A stretch of 64,000 bases of DNA from Candidatus Poribacteria bacterium (GTDB lineage Bacteria; Poribacteria; WGA-4E; WGA-3G): contig OZ243938.1 of the NCBI GenBank assembly GCA_965214095.1, positions 4,896,001-4,960,000 on the forward strand. The letters run 5' to 3'. Made by a program: the position numbers and the translations under genes. Below, piece after piece: positions 1 to 8,940 of this stretch. The stretch's first letter is position 1, and each line of letters begins with the position of its first letter. The notes under the pieces are model-generated. The model was not told where the DNA came from. It made no database searches and saw only the letters and a list, made by a program, of their open reading frames with translations.

Positions 1-3000
1 CAAAATAATCTAAAAAGTATCGATCCAAGAATTCCGATTGGCACGCTCTGTTGCGTAACTGGAGTAAGTGGTTCTGGAAAGAGTTCTCTTATCCATGATA
101 TTCTATACAAAGCACTTGCCAGAGATTTAATGAAAGCAAAGACTGTGCCGGGTGACTATGAAAAGATTCAGGGGATTGTTGATGGTGAACCTGTCCCTGT
201 CTCAGATGTCATAGACAAAATCATCAACATTGATATGTCACCCATAGGTCGGACACCTCGCTCCAATCCTGCAACCTATACAAAAGTTTTTGATGCAATC
301 AGATCATTTTATACAAACTTGCCTGATGCTAAACTTCGTGGATATAAACCTGGACGTTTTAGTTTCAACGTTCCGGGTGGTAGATGTGAAGCCTGTACAG
401 GCAACGGTGCAAAAAAAGTTGACATGGGTATACTTGCGGATGTGTGGGTTGAATGTGATGTTTGTAACGGTAAACGGTATAACAATGAAACCCTCACTAT
501 AAAATACAAAGGCAAGAACATATCCGATGTATTAGAAATGGATATTGAATCTGCACTTGAGCATTTTGCGGATCTCCCGAAAATTGCAAAAGGAATTCAG
601 TTGCTTCACGATGTAGGTTTAGACTACATCAAACTTGGTCAACCTGCTCCAACACTTTCTGGTGGTGAGGCACAGAGAATTAAACTCTCAAAAGAACTTT
701 CAAAACGGAGTACCGGTAAGACACTTTATATTCTTGATGAACCGACTACTGGTCTACACTTTGAAGATGTCAATAAGCTGCTAACTATTCTTCACAGATT
801 AGTTGATGAAGGTAATACTGTTGTGGTGGTGGAACACAATCTTGAAGTGATTAATTCTGCTGATTACCTTATTGATTTAGGTCCTGAAGGAGGAATTGAT
901 GGTGGACAGATTATTGCAGTTGGCACGCCTGAAGAGGTGAAAGATAAATCCGAATCGTATACTGGACAAGCATTACATGGGGAATATGATCTGTGGAAAT
1001 CGCTGGACTCTAAACCGTCAGTTGAAGATAACGGTGATGTTGCACAAGACCTACTCGATCAAAAACAGACCGAAATACGTAAGTCTATCTTGGTTCAAGG
1101 AGCTGGTGAAAACAACCTTAAGAACATCAATATTGAAATACCGCATCAGAAGTTAACTGCGTTTACAGGTGTTAGTGGATCAGGCAAGACATCTCTTGCA
1201 CTTGATACTATTTATGCTGAAGGACAACGAAGATATATTGAGACACTTAGCACTTATGCACGGCAATTTATTGGGAGTATGGACAAACCGAAAGTGGCTA
1301 AGATTGAAGGATTGTCACCTGCAATTGCTATAACTCACTCAAGTCCAAGCCAGAACCCTCGCTCTACCGTTGCTACGATAACTGAAATACATGACGGTCT
1401 TCGAACACTATATGCAAGATGGGGGCAACCGCACTGTCCATCTTGTGAAGTGGAAGTCCGTCCACAAACAGCACAACAGATTGTAGAACGTTCTTTCAAA
1501 AATTTGAAAGGCAAAAGAGTAGATGTACTTTCACCACTCACGAATTTCAAATCTATCGAAAATGATACTGAGGTCGTTATTGGTGCAGAACGAACACCCG
1601 GTCTAAAGGGAAATGAGGATTATGCCGATGCATTTCAAAGATTGCAACGAACAGGATTTGCACGCGTACAGATTGATGGTGAAATCTATAGGCTTGATGA
1701 AGCACCTGATATCCGAAAACGTCGTCGGCATGAAGTGTTTTTGGTCATTGATCGGCTGAATCTTGTTGAAGATGAGATAAGTCGTTTCACTGAGACTGTA
1801 GAATTAGCACTCATCGAAAGTGAAGGTTTTGTAATCATTCAACCGAATGATAGTAAAGAATTATCTGAAAGACAATTTTTCAGTGAACACGCTATGTGTT
1901 CAAAATGTGGACGGAATTTCCCGCAACTAACACCCCGACACTTCTCATTCAACAATAGATTAGGGGCTTGCAGTTCTTGCGACGGTATTGGTAGAGAATT
2001 AACGGATGACCAATCAACCTGCGAGGATTGTTATGGGACAAGATTAGATGAATTTCCAAGAAATGTCAGATATACTGAAAAAACAATTGCAGAACTGATG
2101 GCTTTGTCAATCGCTGAGATTTCATCGTTTTTCAATGGACAGATAGAAACTATTGAGAAACATCTAACAACGGCTGCAGGTGCTAAGGAAGCAGAATCAG
2201 CGAAGGATCAAGTGCGAAACGTTATTACTTCAAGGGCAACACACCCAAGACTTCATGCACATACATCACCTGAATTTGAAGCACAACTTTTAAGGCAAAT
2301 TCAGTTACGGTTGAGTTTTTTAGAGGATATCGGGCTCGGATACCTCGGTTTAGATAGAACTGCCCCAACGCTTTCTGGTGGAGAAATCCGCAGAATCCGA
2401 CTTGCAAGCCAACTTGGAACTGGACTTACTGGAGTTACTTATATCCTTGATGAACCGAGTATCGGTCTGCACCCGCGCGATCAAGAACGGTTGATTTATG
2501 CAATGAAAGATCTGCGCGACATCGGTAACAGTGTCCTGGTTGTTGAACACGACAGAGATACAATTATGTCTTCTGATCATGTTATTGATTTCGGTCCAAA
2601 AGCAGGAAAGCAAGGTGGAGAAATAGTTGCGGTTGGAACACCAAACGCATTTTCTAACGCAGAACCGATTTCTATGGAAACCGCCATACAATCAGATAAC
2701 GGGGATGACTCTGCAAGAGATGCGAACCTTACAGCCAAAAAAGGATTAACACAGTCATATCTATCAAACGAGATGCAAATCCCTGTTCCAGCGGTGCGTC
2801 GAAAAGGTTCAGGTAAAAGCCTTAAACTGTTCGGTGCAAGAACTAACAATCTTAAAGACATTGACATTAACATTCCAATAGGAACGCTTACATGTGTGAC
2901 GGGTGTTTCTGGGTGTGGAAAGAGCTCGCTGATTGAAGGCACATTACGACCGGCAATGGAATCACGCAAATCAATTAAAAAGAATAAAAATAACACTGGG

Positions 3001-3828
3001 AAAAACAATGTAACTGAGAACTATGACAAAATACAAGGTATAAGTCATGTTGAACGTATTATACACATTGATCAGAAACCGATAGGTGAAACACCACGAT
3101 CTAATCCGGCAACCTATACTGACCTATTTACCAAGATTCGTGAGATGTATGCAGAATTACCTGACGCAAAACTTCGTGGATTTAATCGGGGACGTTTCAG
3201 TTTCAACCTATCTTATGGGCAATGTGAAGTATGTGATGGACAACGTTACAATCGTGTTGAGATGCATTTCTTACCCGATGTATGGATACCTTGTGAAAAC
3301 TGCAATAGCACAGGATATAATGCTGAAACATTAGAAGTGAAATACAAAGGCAAAAACATAGCCGAAGTGTTACAGATGACAGTGCTAGAGGCACTTGAAC
3401 TGTTTAGTAACATCAACCGAATTAAACGCACACTCCAAACTTTAGCAGATGTAGGTTTGGATTATATCCAGTTAGGTCAAGCTGCAACTACGCTTTCTGG
3501 TGGAGAAGCACAACGGGTTAAACTTGCAAAGGAACTCGCAAGAAGACAGACTGGAACGACTCTTTACATTATGGATGAACCCACAACTGGTTTGCACTTT
3601 GACGATGTGCAAAAACTTCTCAATGTCCTAAATAAACTTGTTGATGTGGGTAATACAATCGTTGCAGTTGAACACAATCTGGATGTCATTAAATCTGCAG
3701 ATTGGGTTATTGATTTGGGACCTGAGGGAAGTGATGCTGGAGGATACCTTGTAGGAATGGGAACTCCTGAAGAGGTGGCTGAAGTGAAAGAATCACATAC
3801 TGCTCGTTTCCTCCGTGAGATACTTTAG
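1..3828 (+). CDS. uvrA: Excinuclease ABC subunit A, tandem-duplicated form (5' part outside window)
   Basis: Frame 1 is open from base 1 (QNNLKSID...TGVSGSGKSS). Three Walker A motifs (GVSGSGKS, GVSGSGKT, GVSGCGKS), three LSGGE/DEP signatures, zinc fingers and two PRSNPATY motifs: the end of one UvrA module followed by a complete second one. Confidence 0.95.
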   Translation, partial: QNNLKSIDPRIPIGTLCCVTGVSGSGKSSLIHDILYKALARDLMKAKTVPGDYEKIQGIVDGEPVPVSDVIDKIINIDMSPIGRTPRSNPATYTKVFDAIRSFYTNLPDAKLRGYKPGRFSFNVPGGRCEACTGNGAKKVDMGILADVWVECDVCNGKRYNNETLTIKYKGKNISDVLEMDIESALEHFADLPKIAKGIQLLHDVGLDYIKLGQPAPTLSGGEAQRIKLSKELSKRSTGKTLYILDEPTTGLHFEDVNKLLTILHRLVDEGNTVVVVEHNLEVINSADYLIDLGPEGGIDGGQIIAVGTPEEVKDKSESYTGQALHGEYDLWKSLDSKPSVEDNGDVAQDLLDQKQTEIRKSILVQGAGENNLKNINIEIPHQKLTAFTGVSGSGKTSLALDTIYAEGQRRYIETLSTYARQFIGSMDKPKVAKIEGLSPAIAITHSSPSQNPRSTVATITEIHDGLRTLYARWGQPHCPSCEVEVRPQTAQQIVERSFKNLKGKRVDVLSPLTNFKSIENDTEVVIGAERTPGLKGNEDYADAFQRLQRTGFARVQIDGEIYRLDEAPDIRKRRRHEVFLVIDRLNLVEDEISRFTETVELALIESEGFVIIQPNDSKELSERQFFSEHAMCSKCGRNFPQLTPRHFSFNNRLGACSSCDGIGRELTDDQSTCEDCYGTRLDEFPRNVRYTEKTIAELMALSIAEISSFFNGQIETIEKHLTTAAGAKEAESAKDQVRNVITSRATHPRLHAHTSPEFEAQLLRQIQLRLSFLEDIGLGYLGLDRTAPTLSGGEIRRIRLASQLGTGLTGVTYILDEPSIGLHPRDQERLIYAMKDLRDIGNSVLVVEHDRDTIMSSDHVIDFGPKAGKQGGEIVAVGTPNAFSNAEPISMETAIQSDNGDDSARDANLTAKKGLTQSYLSNEMQIPVPAVRRKGSGKSLKLFGARTNNLKDIDINIPIGTLTCVTGVSGCGKSSLIEGTLRPAMESRKSIKKNKNNTGKNNVTENYDKIQGISHVERIIHIDQKPIGETPRSNPATYTDLFTKIREMYAELPDAKLRGFNRGRFSFNLSYGQCEVCDGQRYNRVEMHFLPDVWIPCENCNSTGYNAETLEVKYKGKNIAEVLQMTVLEALELFSNINRIKRTLQTLADVGLDYIQLGQAATTLSGGEAQRVKLAKELARRQTGTTLYIMDEPTTGLHFDDVQKLLNVLNKLVDVGNTIVAVEHNLDVIKSADWVIDLGPEGSDAGGYLVGMGTPEEVAEVKESHTARFLREIL

Positions 3829-3882
3829 GGATCAAATCCATTGTCTGAGTTAAATTCTCTTGATTTGTTAGCAGTATTCACT

Positions 3883-4068
3883 CAGGGTTATTTAGTTTTA
3901 ATAATTTTCAAGTGATGAACGTTACTAAGAGTTTATATCGTAGGTCGGGTAGATGCACGAAACCCGACACGTTCAATGCTTGTCGGGTTTCGTGCCTCTA
4001 CCCGACCTACAGGTGTTATATTGAAATGTGAAAAATATAGCAGAAAAACCGAAAACTAAATAACCCTG
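3883..4068. mobile_element. MITE with CAGGG termini (ISAs1-like ends) carrying a REP doublet
   Basis: TIR CAGGGTTATTTAGTTTT / AAAACTAAATAACCCTG. Exact 9-bp TSD GTATTCACT at 3874-3882 and 4069-4077. Internal inverted GTAG-REP pair at 3940-4010. Confidence 0.85.
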
Positions 4069-4085
4069 GTATTCACTCATACTTC

Positions 4086-4113
4086 TTGACTGAATTTCAT
4101 AAATGCATATAAT
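4086..4113 (+). promoter_or_regulatory. Putative sigma70 promoter for ferredoxin-GGR
   Basis: TTGACT-16 bp-TATAAT. Confidence 0.5.
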
Positions 4114-4267
4114 TATGAATATCATACCATTTCTAATAGAAAACACCGCATTTTTGTAGCACAAACTGCCAGTTTGTGAAGTCCTTAAAGAGATTCTTAA
4201 CAAATGTTAATGGGACAAACATTTATAGAATGGTATCAGAAATAAATTACGAACAATGAGGAATTAG

Positions 4268-4486
4268 ATGATTCATATAAAAGAAGAACTCTGCGTATAT
4301 TGCGGGGCATGCGTAGCAGTATGTCCAGAAAACATAATTGAACTTGTAGACACACATCTTAAAATTGACCAACCTAAGTGTATTGATTGTATGAAATGTG
4401 TAAAAGGGTGTCCCATAGGGGTACTATCTATGGAACGTAAAGGAAAAATATACGAATTTGATTTTCCAAACAGAGGTCTTTTCTAA
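4268..4486 (+). CDS. 2x[4Fe-4S] ferredoxin
   Basis: CVYCGACVAVCP and CIDCMKCVKGCP motifs; GAGG RBS. Confidence 0.9.
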   Translation: MIHIKEELCVYCGACVAVCPENIIELVDTHLKIDQPKCIDCMKCVKGCPIGVLSMERKGKIYEFDFPNRGLF

Positions 4487-4518
4487 TCCTATTGTAGAAT
4501 TAGAATAAATGATTACGC

Positions 4519-4621
4519 TATGGTGAAGTATAAAATTATATCTACACTTTCGTCCCACGGTAGACGAGGTTTCCTAACCTCGCCTCAGCAATGTGTAGAA
4601 TTTATTCAATAATTTACTCTA
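4519..4621. repeat. Degenerate TATAGT-shell MITE with GTAG REP
   Basis: TATGGTGAA...ACTCTA ends; core CCCACGGTAGACGAGGTTTCCTAACCTCGCC resembles the copies at 22.8 and 31.2 kb. Confidence 0.7.
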
Positions 4622-4641
4622 AATATTCACTGAGATGAAAT

Positions 4642-5835
4642 ATGTATCATTCAGATTATGATGTTATAGTTGTTGGTGCGGGACCGGGCGGATCTATTGC
4701 AGCAAAAGTTGCTGCTGAAAACGATTTACGCGTCCTGCTTTTAGAAAAACGACAAGAAATTGGAACACCCCTCCGCTGAGCGGAGGGGATTGGCACAGTG
4801 GATCTGTGTGAATTTATTCAACCGGAACCTGCATGGATATCGCGTACAATACACGGTGTCCGACTCTTTTCACCAAATGAAACTCCTGTTACTATTCATC
4901 ATGAAGATGCTGGTTATGTAATTGAGCGGAAAGTGTTTGATCGAAGACTTGTGGAATTAGCTACTAATGCTGGTGTGGAAATCATGGTTAAGGCACGTGT
5001 CACTGATGTAACCACCACAGAGAGTAATGTTGTTAACGGGGTCGTTTTCCAGTATTCTGGTCGCGAGTACAAATGTAGAGCCAAAGTTGTCATCGCAGCT
5101 GATGGTGTAGAATCTCAAGTAGGACGTTGGGCAGGTATTGATACAACACATCAACTCCGCGACGTTGGTATATGTGCACAATATCTCATCTCAAATATTG
5201 ACATCATACCAGAATATTTGGATTTTTATTTCGGCAAGGAGAAAGCTCCACTCGGATATATTTGGGTCTTTCCAAAAGGTGATGATATTGCTAATGTTGG
5301 GATAGGAATTAGAGGGAGTATATCTGGAAAAAGTGATAAACTTGCTATAGATTACTTAAACGAGTTTGTTAAAAGAAAGTTCCCAGAGGGAAAGACATTA
5401 GGGTTAGTCTGTGGTGCTGTACCAGTTGGAACAGGTTTACCACGAATAGTCGGAGATGGAATATTGCTTGTAGGAGATGCAGCACATCACAGTGACCCCT
5501 GTTCAGGTGGCGGTATTCCAAATGCAATGTTCTCTGGTAAATATGCTGCAGAAGCTGCTATTGAAGGTATACATAAAGGGGATGTCTCTCAGAAAGTACT
5601 TAGTTCGTATGCTAAAAAGTGGGAACGTGAGAAAGGAAGAAACTTCAAACGTATCTGTCGTATCAGAGATTGTGTTCTCAAATATACTGATGAAATGTAT
5701 GATGAATATGCCGAAGTACTCTCTAAAGTACCCAGTGATCAGATGACATTAGCAAAAATCTTCCAAACCTTCCTAAGACATCAACCGAGTTTACTTCTTG
5801 AATTGCGTCATCTGATTTTAGCAGGATGGGTATAG
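4642..5835 (+). CDS. Geranylgeranyl reductase family flavoprotein (DGGR-like) with in-frame TGA at codon 46, putative selenoprotein
   Basis: ATG 4642 gives [18 protein letters not shown] (Rossmann motif)...[14 protein letters not shown](4777-4779)-AEGIG, continuing in frame into ORF 4798-5835. GGR motifs: [24 protein letters not shown]. Confidence 0.85.
4790..4812 (+). promoter_or_regulatory. Putative bacterial SECIS hairpin
   Basis: GCACAG-TGGAT-CTGTGT stem-loop starting 14 nt after the TGA, with G in the loop. Confidence 0.5.
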
Positions 5836-5962
5836 TAGAAATCTGAATAGATTCTGTATCAACATTTTTAATAAAATACACATTCCCCTTCCAAATTTCC
5901 ACTTGACAAATCCACAAATACATGGAATTATAATTCCACATACTTAATTACACTAACTCTTT

Positions 5963-6856
5963 ATGCGTATTCCAAACTATTATCAAATCTTAGAGATAAA
6001 GCGAGATGCATCTGAATCCGAAATTAAAAAGGCGTTCAGAATACTCGCAAAGAAATATCATCCTGACAAGATAGACTTCAACAATAGTCCGGATCAAATT
6101 GAATGCGCGGAACAGATGTTCCGCGATGTTCTTAACGCTTACGATGTGCTTTCCGACGAAAAACGTAAATCTGAATATGACCGAAGAATACGGAACATTG
6201 AATGCAAGCAAGAGAAATATCAATCGTATTATGACAGACTAAATCAAATCAACTCTGATTGGGCAAAATTGGAATTGTTGTTTCATGCGCTGTTGCACCG
6301 GAACTATAAAACCGGTATCTCAATGTATGAGCAGCTCTGTGAGAAATGTGAGAGTAATGGCACGAAATGGTGTCCAGATGATTTCTTCAACTATGAAGAT
6401 AGTCGTGACTGCGAATTCCTTCTTGCAGAAGCATATCAGAATATTGGATTTGCCAACGGAGATGGTTCTATTTCAGAGCGACACAGAAATATAGAACAAG
6501 CGATGCACATTTACGAAACCTTATTGTCTGCAGAAGGACAACGTCCCTGCTTCAAACACTTTATTACAGAGGTAAAGGATCGTCTCAAGAGAATCTATCT
6601 TTACCATTATAGTGTTGAAGGCCATCAACAGATGTGTCACATTCCGTTGTCAAAGATTCAGGATCTAAATCTACCGAAACGTGAAACTGCATGGATGTAT
6701 AAAAAGATTGCTGAATTTTATGTTGAAATAGACTTGTTCCCCCATGCGCGTCAGGTTTTATTGATGGCATTTGAATTGCAGCCTAATCTTGCAGGTGCAA
6801 AGAAGATATGTAGAACTTTGAACCTGACCAATCAGTGTTCAGTAACTCAGAAATGA
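5963..6856 (+). CDS. DnaJ (J-domain) protein with TPR-like C-terminus
   Basis: NYYQILEI...KKYHPDK...AYDVLSD J-domain. Confidence 0.85.
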   Translation: MRIPNYYQILEIKRDASESEIKKAFRILAKKYHPDKIDFNNSPDQIECAEQMFRDVLNAYDVLSDEKRKSEYDRRIRNIECKQEKYQSYYDRLNQINSDWAKLELLFHALLHRNYKTGISMYEQLCEKCESNGTKWCPDDFFNYEDSRDCEFLLAEAYQNIGFANGDGSISERHRNIEQAMHIYETLLSAEGQRPCFKHFITEVKDRLKRIYLYHYSVEGHQQMCHIPLSKIQDLNLPKRETAWMYKKIAEFYVEIDLFPHARQVLLMAFELQPNLAGAKKICRTLNLTNQCSVTQK

Positions 6857-6890
6857 GATTAGACTGTTGAAGAGTGGATGATAGAAAAAA

Positions 6891-7076
6891 ATGTATAATG
6901 AAATTGCTTTTCCACTCATTGCCATCATTCTTGTAGTAGTTTGGCTGATCATATTAACGATGTATCGGCGTAAACATGGAATCAGAACATGGTGTCCGAA
7001 CTGTGGGCAGCGACAAACGGGTTTGTCAACACAGTGTCCGAAATGTGGCGTTGTTTTCAAAGATTGGAAAGAGTAG
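6891..7076 (+). CDS. Small membrane-anchored zinc-ribbon protein
   Basis: N-terminal TM helix, then CPNC and CPKC. Confidence 0.65.
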   Translation: MYNEIAFPLIAIILVVVWLIILTMYRRKHGIRTWCPNCGQRQTGLSTQCPKCGVVFKDWKE

Positions 7077-7113
7077 TTATATATCTTGATTGAACATATT
7101 GAGGAGAAAAATA

Positions 7114-8001
7114 TTGCGAAACGAAGTCCAATGGGAACGCATGTTCCCAGACGAATTAGAAGCAGCTTTTGACAAGTGTCCCGCGGTCTATTTCACCTAC
7201 GGTCTCTGCGAACCGCACGGACCACAAAATACCGTCGGACTGGATGCACTCAAAGCACACGCAATCGCTTGTCGTGCAGCACAACAACACGGCGGCATTG
7301 TCGCACCTCCAGACTATTGGCATATCCACGAAACAGGAACTTATGCGAATTGGGCACAAAAGAATGTCGGTGAAGTGCGGAGTTGGATGACTGCAATGCC
7401 AGCATGGCAACATTTTAAAAATGTCTGCTATCATGTGCGTGCTGCAGATGCGCTCGGATTCCACGCAGCAATCTTCCTCACAGGACATTACGGACCGAAT
7501 TGGCAAGACCTGAAGATGCTCCTTGAGATACTTCAACCACACTTCGCAATACGTCTATATGGACTACCAGATTTTGAAGCAAACACTAAAGGCTTCAGCG
7601 GACAAGGTGATGGTGGAGACCATGCAGGTAGAGTTGAAACATCACTCTTGTGGGCATTAGAACCGGACTGTGTTGATATGTCTCGGATGCCAGAAAAAAA
7701 CGAACCCGGTCCACACTTCGCTATGGGTGGAAACGCTTATGACTCTGACCGTCGCATCGGTGAAAGAATGGTGAACGATGAAGTGACATGGCTTGGCAAC
7801 AAAATGAAAGAATTATTGGATGAATACGCGCATCTAAATATATCCGACCGTCAACCTGTAACTTTCGGAGAAGTTGAACAAATTTGGGAACAACAAGTGA
7901 AACCTGTATTGAATACCTTTAAAACAATGGAAAATACTGGTGAACCGCCGCCGATAGATTCTCAATGGTTCCGTCAATGGAAAATACCAGAAATTGATTG
8001 A
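7114..8001 (+). CDS. Creatininase family protein
   Basis: GLCEPHG..GLD, TGHYG, DHAGRVETS motifs; TTG start after GAGGAG. Confidence 0.85.
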   Translation: MRNEVQWERMFPDELEAAFDKCPAVYFTYGLCEPHGPQNTVGLDALKAHAIACRAAQQHGGIVAPPDYWHIHETGTYANWAQKNVGEVRSWMTAMPAWQHFKNVCYHVRAADALGFHAAIFLTGHYGPNWQDLKMLLEILQPHFAIRLYGLPDFEANTKGFSGQGDGGDHAGRVETSLLWALEPDCVDMSRMPEKNEPGPHFAMGGNAYDSDRRIGERMVNDEVTWLGNKMKELLDEYAHLNISDRQPVTFGEVEQIWEQQVKPVLNTFKTMENTGEPPPIDSQWFRQWKIPEID

Positions 8002-8014
8002 AAAAGGACATCAC

Positions 8015-8776
8015 ATGAAATCAACAAATGGACAACTATTAGCTGCCTATCAGAATAATGGATACTTGACTGGCATACATATCGCTGATGACTCTGAGGC
8101 AACGCAGTACCGAAAAGAATATGACGCATTAGAAGCAAAAGTCGGCAAAGAAAAATGCGAAATCGGACTCATTGATTGGCATTTTGATTACGAGTTTATA
8201 TGGCAAATATCCATTCACCCTAAAATCCTTGATGTAATTGAAGAACTCATCGGACCTGATGTAATGCTATTAGCAACACACTTTTTCTGCAAGTATGGTC
8301 CACGAGAAAAATTCGTTGCTTGGCATCAGGATGTAACCTATTGGGGATTGGAACCACCGGATGCTGTCACTTCATGGTATGCAATTGATGACAGCGATGT
8401 TGGTAATGGGTGTATGCAAGTGATACCGGGCAGCCATAACAAAGGTATCCAAGAACACGGCAAATCTGAACAGGAAGGTAATCTACTAAGTATCAATCAG
8501 GAAGTTCCTGTAACAGAAGATATGGCAAACACGGCAGTTGATTTGGTATTGAAAGCAGGTGAGATGTCAATACATCACGGTCAGATTATTCATGGAAGTC
8601 TACCAAACCATTCTACGCGCAGACGTTGTGGTCTGACAATACGTTACATCTCTCCATCAGTTAGGCAAGCAGAAGATAATTCGTTGAAAAGACCTTGGAA
8701 ACCTATTCTGTTGCGAGGCGAAGATCGTCACCAAAATTTCACAACTGTCTCTAATCCTTTCCCGCTAACCCATTAG
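8015..8776 (+). CDS. Phytanoyl-CoA dioxygenase (PhyH) family protein
   Basis: WHQD, NGCMQVIPGSH, HGS..N.S..RR motifs. Confidence 0.9.
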   Translation: MKSTNGQLLAAYQNNGYLTGIHIADDSEATQYRKEYDALEAKVGKEKCEIGLIDWHFDYEFIWQISIHPKILDVIEELIGPDVMLLATHFFCKYGPREKFVAWHQDVTYWGLEPPDAVTSWYAIDDSDVGNGCMQVIPGSHNKGIQEHGKSEQEGNLLSINQEVPVTEDMANTAVDLVLKAGEMSIHHGQIIHGSLPNHSTRRRCGLTIRYISPSVRQAEDNSLKRPWKPILLRGEDRHQNFTTVSNPFPLTH

Positions 8777-8788
8777 ATTATATTTAAT

Positions 8789-8920
8789 CTGCTACTAATG
8801 GAGTGTCCATTCGGATATTGTAGGTCGGGTAGAGGAACGAAACCCGACTTTATTGATGATAAATGGCTGCAGTCGGGTAGAGGAACGAAACCCTACCTAC
8901 AAGATTAGTATAGACAGAAC
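8789..8920. repeat. REPIN-like element (GTAGGTCGGGT REP doublet)
   Basis: Reverse-complement homolog of 17221-17350; REP core GTAGGTCGGGTAGAGGAACGAAACCCGAC. Confidence 0.8.
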
Positions 8921-8940
8921 ACTAATACATAGGAAAATAA

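Noticed and set aside
3973-4203. Short ORFs over repeats (also 31025-31261 and 47429-47680)
   Set aside because: They are translations of MITE/REP DNA with no protein features.
5903-5934. Promoter TTGACA...TATAAT before the DnaJ gene
   Set aside because: The 20-bp spacer is too long for a standard sigma70 promoter.
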